IMG/VR virus record: IMGVR_UViG_3300044646_000553
Source: an uncultured virus (IMG/VR IMGVR_UViG_3300044646_000553)
Taxonomy: Duplodnaviria; Heunggongvirae; Uroviricota; Caudoviricetes
Length of the DNA: 64,000 bases
Direction: 5' to 3' (one strand)
The notes under the pieces are model-generated. The model was not told the DNA's origin. It saw only the letters and a program-made list of their open reading frames with translations, and did no database searches. Position numbers and translations under genes: made by a program. Shown one piece after another: positions 57,651-64,000 of the stretch; position 1 is the stretch's first letter; each line of letters begins with the position of its first letter.

Positions 57651-58175
57651 ATGACCTGTATTGTCGTTTTAAAACATGAAGACAAAGTTTATATGGCTGG
57701 AGATCGTGGTGCATCAGATGATGGAACTATTCTAGCACTTCAAGCACCAAAAGTTTGGAAGACTGGTCCATATTTAATTGGGTATGCAGGATCAATGGAC
57801 GGAGAAAGAATTCGTCACAACTTTAAGCCAACTGCTCCTACTATTAAAGATACAGATAAATTTATGCATACAAGATTTGTTAAAGAACTGCGTGACTTTT
57901 ACAACGAGTTCTGGGTTGACACATCTAAAGAGGGAGACCTTGGTTTAATCATTGCAGTTCGTGGAGAACTATACGAACACAGTTCTGGAGATATGTCTTT
58001 ATCTAAGTACATGCTTCCTTATCTTGCCATGGGTTCTGGATCAGAGTATGCATATGGGGTTCTATATGCAACAGATAAGCAGAAAAATGCAAGGAATAGA
58101 GTAATGCAAGCAGTAAATGCTGCTATTAAATTTAACCCATCATGCATGGGTCCAGTTGACATTGTCAGTGCTTAG
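57651..58175 (+). CDS. Proteasome beta/HslV-like Ntn-hydrolase
   Basis: Thr directly after Met (MTCIV), D17-like AGD, K33-like PKV, GYAGS, AMGSG. Confidence 0.7.
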   Translation: MTCIVVLKHEDKVYMAGDRGASDDGTILALQAPKVWKTGPYLIGYAGSMDGERIRHNFKPTAPTIKDTDKFMHTRFVKELRDFYNEFWVDTSKEGDLGLIIAVRGELYEHSSGDMSLSKYMLPYLAMGSGSEYAYGVLYATDKQKNARNRVMQAVNAAIKFNPSCMGPVDIVSA

Positions 58176-58184
58176 GGGTATAAT
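58156..58184 (+). promoter_or_regulatory. Perfect consensus promoter, leaderless
   Basis: TTGACA-N17-TATAAT; ATG 58191 follows after 6 nt. Confidence 0.8.
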
Positions 58185-58190
58185 TATTAT

Positions 58191-58373
58191 ATGTTAGAAG
58201 AAATAGATCACGATGAGTTTACTATATGGTTGGAAAACGGTATAGATAGAGGGTGGATTACAGAACCATTCTGTAACACCCATGATGGAGATCCATACAT
58301 GACTGCTGAAGAACAGCAGGAATGGGAAGACGGTGGAGATCCATGTCAAGTAGTTTTTAAAATAAAAGAATAA
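58191..58373 (+). CDS. Small acidic hypothetical protein
   Basis: 60 aa; C-x-x-HDG...GGDPC. Confidence 0.7.
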   Translation: MLEEIDHDEFTIWLENGIDRGWITEPFCNTHDGDPYMTAEEQQEWEDGGDPCQVVFKIKE

Positions 58374-58397
58374 ACAAACAACAAACAAGGAGAAAAA

Positions 58398-59270
58398 ATG
58401 AAGAAAGCACTACTAGCACTACTATCAGCATTACTTGTAATCACAGTAGTTCAGCCAGCACAGGCACAAGATGAAAGAGTATTGGCAATTATTGACACTG
58501 CCATCAACTCTAATAACTTCCCTCAAATTATTCATGAGGTTTGCTTTACCACTGTAAAGTCAAAGGTTGTTTCTCAAAACATGTCTTGCCCTAATGGAGA
58601 ACTATTTATGGAGGGCAAAGGAGCAGCATCTGCTCCATGGCCAACATCAATTAACAATGCTACCTACCATGGTGATTCAATGGTAAAGTCTGCTCTTACC
58701 GTTAATCCAAATCTAAAAATTGTTTTCATTAGATTTAATGATGTTACAACACTTGGAAATTCAAGGGGAGATGCAAGAGCCTTAGCACTAGCATTTGATT
58801 GGGTATCAAAAAATGCTGCTAAGTATAGTATTGATGCTCTTTCAGTCAGTCAGTCTTCAGTAAGTGCAGGGAACCTTGCACTATGTACAAAAGATACAGT
58901 AACTGTCAATGCAGTAGCATCTTTGACTGCAAACAATATTCCAGTGTTTGCTGCAACAGGCAATGATCGACGCAAAGATGTTGTAGGATTTCCTTCATGT
59001 GTTAATGGGGTCATCGGTGTAGGCGCATTAGGCAACGCAACGCAACTAGAAGGATTGACAAACACAGGTCCTGGACTTGATATGGTTGCTCCTGGTAAGG
59101 TTCGTATCACTAAGTACAATGGCTCTCCAACAGATACTGCTGGAAGTTCTGTGGCAACTGCAGTTTCTGCAGCCTCATATGTAAATCGCAACACCTTTAG
59201 CACTTTTGGAGAGTATTTGTCGTCTCTTTCAAAGATTGTAATAGGGTCTGCCTCTTACATTCGTAATTAA
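58398..59270 (+). CDS. Secreted subtilisin-like (S8) protease
   Basis: Signal peptide ending AQA; catalytic IIDT, HG, oxyanion AATGN, GSS-x-A. Confidence 0.8.
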   Translation: MKKALLALLSALLVITVVQPAQAQDERVLAIIDTAINSNNFPQIIHEVCFTTVKSKVVSQNMSCPNGELFMEGKGAASAPWPTSINNATYHGDSMVKSALTVNPNLKIVFIRFNDVTTLGNSRGDARALALAFDWVSKNAAKYSIDALSVSQSSVSAGNLALCTKDTVTVNAVASLTANNIPVFAATGNDRRKDVVGFPSCVNGVIGVGALGNATQLEGLTNTGPGLDMVAPGKVRITKYNGSPTDTAGSSVATAVSAASYVNRNTFSTFGEYLSSLSKIVIGSASYIRN

Positions 59271-59275
59271 ATATC

Positions 59276-59303
59276 AGTCCTGGGTATGACTAAAAACTGC
59301 CCA
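59276..59303 (+). other. Candidate H-type RNA pseudoknot
   Basis: S1 AGUC/GACU, S2 UGGGUA/UGCCCA, L1 1 nt, L2 1 nt, L3 AAAAAC. Confidence 0.45.
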
Positions 59304-59312
59304 TGATATAAT
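59304..59312 (+). promoter_or_regulatory. Extended -10 promoter (TGATATAAT) for endolysin
   Basis: Consensus match; SD AAGGAGG before ATG 59343. Confidence 0.6.
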
Positions 59313-59342
59313 TATGGTGTCATATCAACAAGGAGGAATATT

Positions 59343-59963
59343 ATGGCAGTAAAAGGTTCAGTAGAAGCAATCGTTGAGGTTGCAAAGAAAGAAATAGGGA
59401 CTATTGAAGGTCCTAAAGATAATGAAACAAAGTACGGTGCATGGATTAAGGTTAACTTCCAACCATGGTGCCAGTCCTTTGTTTCTTGGTGTGCATTTAC
59501 TGCGGGAGTAAAATCATTCCCTAAGTCTGCATCAACAGTAGCAGCATCAGATTGGTTTAAGAAGGCTGAGCGTTGGTCAGATGCTCGTAACGATGATCCA
59601 CAAGCAGGAGACTGGATTTATTTTGATTTCCCAGATGATGGTGTAAATCGTATTTCACATGTTGGTCTTTGCATTAAGAACAACGGTGATGGAACTATCC
59701 AAGTTATTGAAGGAAACACTTCAGGAACTGCAAAGGGAGATCAGCGCAACGGCGGAATGTGCGTAGAAAAAACTCGTGCATATGTAAAGAACAATAAGAA
59801 AAAGTTAATCAATGCTGTAGTTGGTTGGGGTCGTCCAGTTTATACTGGAGAAGAAAATGCTCCACTACTAAGTAAAGCAGAAGCAACTACACCTACAAAG
59901 CCTGCTAAGAAAGCAGTAAAGAAGTCCGCTGGTGGCGGAGGAAAAGGTCATGTGGCACTATAA
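59343..59963 (+). CDS. CHAP-domain endolysin
   Basis: PWCQSFVSW, SHVGL, IEGNT; Lys-rich tail. Confidence 0.85.
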   Translation: MAVKGSVEAIVEVAKKEIGTIEGPKDNETKYGAWIKVNFQPWCQSFVSWCAFTAGVKSFPKSASTVAASDWFKKAERWSDARNDDPQAGDWIYFDFPDDGVNRISHVGLCIKNNGDGTIQVIEGNTSGTAKGDQRNGGMCVEKTRAYVKNNKKKLINAVVGWGRPVYTGEENAPLLSKAEATTPTKPAKKAVKKSAGGGGKGHVAL

Positions 59964-60181
59964 TGGAATCTAAAAAGAAATCAGTACTAAAAACAATCAG
60001 TTGGCCATTTGTACATTTTACTTTTGTTTCTGGAATTTTATTTGCAGCAAGCCATATAATTTATGGTGAGGCTGAATGGGAGTATGTTGGACTATATGCA
60101 CTTTCATACATGGCATTAGAAATGACATTCTATTACCTACATGAGAGAGTCTGGGCAAAGTTTGGACACAAGGTAAAATAA
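59963..60181 (+). CDS. DUF2061-like membrane protein
   Basis: ES..KS..KTISW and YYLHERVW. Confidence 0.7.
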   Translation: MESKKKSVLKTISWPFVHFTFVSGILFAASHIIYGEAEWEYVGLYALSYMALEMTFYYLHERVWAKFGHKVK

Positions 60182-60291
60182 TGCGTATTAAAATTATTAA
60201 GTTTGTAGTAAAGGCTTTAGGCTATGAATGGTCTGGAGATGAACTTAAACTGCCTGTTTGGTATGTGAAGGAAAAGAAAAAGAATAAATAA
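60181..60291 (+). CDS. Small basic protein (36 aa, not in ORF track)
   Basis: MRIKIIKFVVKALGYEW...; TAATG coupling at both ends. Confidence 0.6.
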   Translation: MRIKIIKFVVKALGYEWSGDELKLPVWYVKEKKKNK

Positions 60292-60866
60292 TGAAAATTA
60301 TTGACAATAAAATTTTTATATTAGAAGATTTTATATCTCCTAATACTGCAAGTTTTATTGTAGAAAATTTTTCTAAAGACTTAAAGCCAACACCACACAC
60401 TGGTATTTATGGAAGTATTAGCAATAACGATGAGAATACACATAAAATTTGTGGCAAAAACAAGGTTATAAATTATGATGGAACTAAAGATGTTGCAGTT
60501 GATCTACTTATGAGTCTTTTCCCTAGTATAGAAAAAACAATGTCTGAAATTTTTAAAAAAAATATCGTAATGAAATCCTTTTTTTATAGTCATATGAAAT
60601 CTGGTGGGAAAAACTCTTTGCATTATGACAACCATGAGGATCAGTATACTAATGATTATTCTGGAATACTATATTTAGCAGACAGTTATACTGGAGGAGC
60701 AATAAATTTTCCCAACCAAGACTTAAAATTACATCCAAAGCCAGGAACATTTATATGTTTTCAGGGCACGGAAGACATTCAGCATGAGGTACAAGAAGTA
60801 ATAGACGGAGATAGAGTAAATATTATATGTTTTTTTAAGGAAATGGATATATATGCCAGCATATGA
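60291..60866 (+). CDS. 2OG-Fe(II) dioxygenase (orphan, eighth copy)
   Basis: HYD...ILYLADSYTGG...QHEV...DRV. Confidence 0.88.
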   Translation: MKIIDNKIFILEDFISPNTASFIVENFSKDLKPTPHTGIYGSISNNDENTHKICGKNKVINYDGTKDVAVDLLMSLFPSIEKTMSEIFKKNIVMKSFFYSHMKSGGKNSLHYDNHEDQYTNDYSGILYLADSYTGGAINFPNQDLKLHPKPGTFICFQGTEDIQHEVQEVIDGDRVNIICFFKEMDIYASI

Positions 60867-61038
60867 GTATGACTGCATGGCCTGTGCCATGAGGTATACA
60901 AAGGTTAGAAGCATGTCAGAAGACGATCCAGGCTATAAATGTGATACTTGCAATAAAGACTTGGTTCGTGTATACTCAGATATAGGAGTTACATTCAATG
61001 GCTCTGGATTTTATAAAACCGACAATCGGAAGGTATAA
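60853..61038 (+). CDS. FmdB-family zinc-ribbon protein
   Basis: MPAYEYDCMAC...CDTC...FNGSGFYKTD. Confidence 0.85.
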   Translation: MPAYEYDCMACAMRYTKVRSMSEDDPGYKCDTCNKDLVRVYSDIGVTFNGSGFYKTDNRKV

Positions 61039-61039
61039 T

Positions 61040-61267
61040 ATGTTTACAATGCTTAAAGATGATGTAAAACCAGAATGGAAATTATCACCTTTAGATAGAT
61101 GTGATAGGTGCAACGCAGAAGCCTTGGTTCAAGTAACTGGGCTAAATGGAGAACTATTGTTCTGTGGGCATCACTACAACAAGGTCATGGACAATGCTGT
61201 AGGATATGACAAAATGATGAAGTTTGCTATTACAATACTTGACGAACGAGAAAAGTTGGCGGTATAA
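61040..61267 (+). CDS. Small Zn-binding protein of actinobacterial type
   Basis: DRCDRC...LLFCGHH. Start is ATG 61040 or 61049. Confidence 0.65.
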   Translation: MFTMLKDDVKPEWKLSPLDRCDRCNAEALVQVTGLNGELLFCGHHYNKVMDNAVGYDKMMKFAITILDEREKLAV

Positions 61268-61269
61268 AA

Positions 61270-61677
61270 ATGTATGAATACTATGTAAGAAAAGTAGAGA
61301 ACGTAGTAGATGGAGATACCATTGACGTTCTTATTGATTTAGGGTTTGATATTTTGTTTCAATCCCGTGTGAGATTGGCTGGTATTGATACCCCTGAGTC
61401 TCGTACGAAAGACCTGAAAGAAAAAGCACTTGGTCTTGAATCCAAAGAGTATTTAAAGAAGGCTCTAAAGGATGCTAAGTCTGTTGTAATTAAGACTGAA
61501 AAGATGAACTCATCTGAGAAGTATGGTCGCATTTTGGGCTGGCTATATGTTAATGGAGATACAGTGTCATTAAATGATATGATGATCAACGACGGCTATG
61601 CTTGGGGATACCTAGGTGATACTAAGGTAAAGGATTTTGACGCTTTGGTAAAGGCTAGAAAGAAGTCTGGCAAGTGA
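61270..61677 (+). CDS. Thermonuclease (SNase-like)
   Basis: VVDGDTI, RLAGIDTPE, KYGRILG. Confidence 0.9.
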   Translation: MYEYYVRKVENVVDGDTIDVLIDLGFDILFQSRVRLAGIDTPESRTKDLKEKALGLESKEYLKKALKDAKSVVIKTEKMNSSEKYGRILGWLYVNGDTVSLNDMMINDGYAWGYLGDTKVKDFDALVKARKKSGK

Positions 61678-62006
61678 GCGATGAAGATAAGATATTTAAT
61701 AAGTTAATTTTAACTGGTGGACTTAAGTTTGCTGGCAAAGATCCAGAAACGGGCGAAAATATGTATGTTAGAACAGAAATGTTAAAAGACATAGATCCTA
61801 ATCTTGATCGAGAAATGACTTATTATTTTTCAGAGATAGCAATGAAGTTGTGGGAAAAAGGTTTTATTGACATGGACATTACTTCCCCTAACCCAATTGT
61901 AAACATAAGCGAAAGGGCTTTTGATATAAACAAAATAAATGCCCTTGATCCTAACGAGAGAACAGCGCTTAAACAAATTATAAAAGTTCTTTTCGATAAA
62001 CAATGA
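61674..62006 (+). CDS. Hypothetical protein
   Basis: 110 aa, GTGA overlap; LWEKGFIDMD. Confidence 0.7.
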   Translation: MSDEDKIFNKLILTGGLKFAGKDPETGENMYVRTEMLKDIDPNLDREMTYYFSEIAMKLWEKGFIDMDITSPNPIVNISERAFDINKINALDPNERTALKQIIKVLFDKQ

Positions 62007-62018
62007 TAGAATTGTAGG

Positions 62019-62447
62019 ATGGATGCGTTTATGAATGGCGCTTTAGGGGCAGGATTGTTAAGTATAGTCATGCTTTTACTTTTGTCTGTTTATATAGTTA
62101 GGTTACGGTTAAACTCAAGGGAACCCCAGATAATTAGCCAAGCAATGCTTCAGCACAGGTTCTCTAGCGGAAATAGGTATTCAAGAAAATTTAATACGAA
62201 GAGTCAGTCTAAAAATCATGAAAAAGAAACAAATGTTAGAGTTATCATCGTAGATGGCCAGGCGTACTGGATTAAAGATAACATTTTTTACAATGCCCCA
62301 CTATTAAATGATATGGTTGATAAAGAGTCTGCACAAAGAGTTGACACAACTAACATGGATAAGGTACAATTAGATCAGATGTTGTTCATACTGGACAAAC
62401 TAAGAGAAGGGATAAGTGATGATAGTAGGGGTTCAAGGGACACCTAG
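62019..62447 (+). CDS. Membrane-anchored hypothetical protein
   Basis: N-terminal TM segment; TGATAGAAT (62004-62012) 6 nt before the ATG. Confidence 0.7.
   Translation: MDAFMNGALGAGLLSIVMLLLLSVYIVRLRLNSREPQIISQAMLQHRFSSGNRYSRKFNTKSQSKNHEKETNVRVIIVDGQAYWIKDNIFYNAPLLNDMVDKESAQRVDTTNMDKVQLDQMLFILDKLREGISDDSRGSRDT
62341..62370 (+). promoter_or_regulatory. Internal promoter TTGACA-N18-TACAAT
   Basis: Upstream of the 62416-whiB gene string. Confidence 0.5.
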
Positions 62448-62769
62448 TTTCAAAAACTATAATATTTTTCTTAGAGCAATGGCAGTTGCATTATCTGAAT
62501 TAAAAGAAAACGAGAAAGATTTTTATTTATATACTGCTGGTCCAGGAAACATTAGTGCAATGGCATCAGAGTTTGTAAATCTTTCTGAAAGAGGAATGAA
62601 GGCTAGAGGAAAGTCTATTAAACTGTTTAGGGTTAGCCCTGAATGGATTGAAGAAAACATAGACAGTTTTAATCATTTTGCTTTTGTTGCTAATCCAAAA
62701 GAGCAAGTTTCTAAAGTAGTTAACTTGTCAAGATCAAAGAACATCAACACAAACGTATACAACTTTTAA
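62416..62769 (+). CDS. Hypothetical protein, possible SLOG/YspA-like fold
   Basis: N-terminal IVGVQGTPSFKNY resembles the I-x-G-x-R-x-F-x-D-Y start of that fold; weak. Confidence 0.45.
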   Translation: MMIVGVQGTPSFKNYNIFLRAMAVALSELKENEKDFYLYTAGPGNISAMASEFVNLSERGMKARGKSIKLFRVSPEWIEENIDSFNHFAFVANPKEQVSKVVNLSRSKNINTNVYNF

Positions 62770-62781
62770 GGAGTACACACA

Positions 62782-62994
62782 ATGATATCAATTAATTCTC
62801 TTGAAAAAATGGAAACAATCGTTTCTAAGAACAGCAACTTGTCCTGGGATGGGTGGGATGTTGTAGAGATGGTAAAGTCAAATAAGGCTTTTACATCAAA
62901 GCACGGAGCATTAAAAAATAATGCCTGGCATCTAAAAAAGATTTTTGTCGTTTCTAGAAGTGGATGGGAAATACCTGACAAGTATGTGAGGTAG
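62782..62994 (+). CDS. Hypothetical protein
   Basis: 70 aa, SD AAGGAG; LSWDGWDVV. Confidence 0.7.
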   Translation: MISINSLEKMETIVSKNSNLSWDGWDVVEMVKSNKAFTSKHGALKNNAWHLKKIFVVSRSGWEIPDKYVR

Positions 62995-62995
62995 T

Positions 62996-63277
62996 ATGAA
63001 TAAGTATAAATGGAAAGACGATGCTGCATGCCTGGATTATGACACAAATGTGTTTTTTGACAAGTATGAAGAAGATGAATTGCTAAGGCCTGCCGTAGAT
63101 CTGTTATGTTCTACATGTCCTGTAAGAAAAGAATGTTTTTCTGTTGGTATTTCAGGAAAAGAATGGGGAGTTTGGGGCGGGGTATATTTAGAAAATGGAG
63201 AAATATCAAAAGAATTTTCTAGCCACAAGACAAAGACTGACTGGGGAACCACATGGCAATCCCTAACAATGGAGTAA
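62996..63277 (+). CDS. whiB: WhiB-family Fe-S transcriptional regulator
   Basis: W...AAC...FF...CSTCPVRKEC...WGVWGG. Confidence 0.92.
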   Translation: MNKYKWKDDAACLDYDTNVFFDKYEEDELLRPAVDLLCSTCPVRKECFSVGISGKEWGVWGGVYLENGEISKEFSSHKTKTDWGTTWQSLTME

Positions 63278-63278
63278 T

Positions 63279-63518
63279 ATGTATACAGATCAGATGAGAA
63301 GAGCCTTTAGGTCTTTGGACTGTCCAAAAGGATTTTCTTTGGAAGTAATAGATAACGACAGTTTTATTACAGTCAAAGCAAAAGAAAAAGTTTTCATGTC
63401 TTTAGAAACAGTCGATCTTAAAAGACAGGCTGTAGAATATATGATTCGTGTTAAAAAGGCTTTAGAAGATAATGGGGCAATAGTCCTTTTAGTTAGAGAG
63501 GGTGGTAAAGAAGTATGA
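63279..63518 (+). CDS. Hypothetical protein
   Basis: 79 aa, directly after whiB. Confidence 0.7.
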   Translation: MYTDQMRRAFRSLDCPKGFSLEVIDNDSFITVKAKEKVFMSLETVDLKRQAVEYMIRVKKALEDNGAIVLLVREGGKEV

Positions 63519-63925
63519 TTGAATTAGTTTTAATTTTTATTCTGTCTATTCTTACTTCTTTGTTTTTATATCTTTATTTAAAACAAATAAAAAATAACAA
63601 GGCTATTCTTGCCAATACACTAAAACTATTGCTGCATCAACAACAAGAACACGAAGCCAACAAAACAGATAAAGAAAAATCTAATGAAGATTTTTTAAAA
63701 TTTGTTTCAGATTCTCGTGATTGGGCATATCAATACATAGAAGAAGTTCAGGCTGGCCTTAAGTCATTTATTAATGAGGTTGGTCCCCAGGTTGAATACT
63801 ATGATAGATATGGTGCAGCAGTAGATGGTATGGTTGCTCCACATGACTTCGCATTAAAAAAAATATCTTCAGAATTTAAAAAATTAAAAAACTTACTGCC
63901 AGAAGATTATGATAAAATAGTATAA
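63515..63925 (+). CDS. Membrane-anchored hypothetical protein
   Basis: N-terminal TM segment; FLKFVSDSRDWAYQYIEEVQ. Confidence 0.7.
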   Translation: MIELVLIFILSILTSLFLYLYLKQIKNNKAILANTLKLLLHQQQEHEANKTDKEKSNEDFLKFVSDSRDWAYQYIEEVQAGLKSFINEVGPQVEYYDRYGAAVDGMVAPHDFALKKISSEFKKLKNLLPEDYDKIV

Positions 63926-64000
63926 TGAAATTTTATTATTTTGGTGGTGTGTTTCAAGAAGAAAGTCCTGAGTCAGCACACAATCTAGAAAAAAGCAATT
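63925..64000 (+). CDS. 5' start of an ORF truncated by the window edge (MKFYYFGGVFQ...)
   Basis: TAATG coupling; TGATAAAAT (63910-63918) 6 nt upstream; open to the window end. Too short to assign a function. Confidence 0.6.
   Translation, partial: MKFYYFGGVFQEESPESAHNLEKSN

Noticed and set aside
1..64000. tRNA, tmRNA, integrase or transposase
   Set aside because: Intergenic gaps are short and none showed a cloverleaf or T-loop pattern by eye; no recombinase or transposase motifs. tRNAscan/Aragorn was not run.
63925..64000. Functional call (e.g. flavin-dependent monooxygenase-like) for the last ORF
   Set aside because: Only 25 codons are visible, which is insufficient evidence.

Overview
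This window is a 64 kb segment of a large AT-rich tailed phage (siphovirus-like). All credible genes are on the + strand. No integrase, tRNA, rRNA or CRISPR array was seen. A whiB gene, an actinobacterial-type small Zn protein and many apparently leaderless genes point to an actinobacterial host. Low GC makes freshwater low-GC Actinobacteria plausible, which is inference. Gene order: (1) the 3' end of an unannotated ORF made of pure (Phe-Phe-Pro/Pro-Pro)n followed by a Cys-rich tail, then a cluster of seven 2OG-Fe(II) dioxygenases and two DUF6065-like genes; (2) class II (B12) ribonucleotide reductase; (3) virion module with a large LamG-like protein, portal, protease with nested scaffold, major capsid, head-tail connectors, major tail, two paralogous tail chaperones, a 2924-aa tape measure protein (internal kinase-like domain, Cys repeats, LysM) and tail tip genes; (4) replication and recombination genes (DnaB, DnaG, SSB, DnaE, RecA, Hjc-like, Cas4-like, RuvC-like); (5) terminase; (6) exported, surface and lysis genes (Ala/Thr-rich exported protein, PA14 protein with a probable ATT start, holin-like genes, proteasome-beta-like protein, subtilase, CHAP endolysin); (7) small accessory genes including an eighth dioxygenase, a thermonuclease and WhiB. 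The best candidate for an undescribed system is the (FFP)n-Cys protein plus the dioxygenase/DUF6065 cluster, read as a phage-encoded post-translational tailoring pathway. Family assignments come from motif recognition by eye; no database searches were run.
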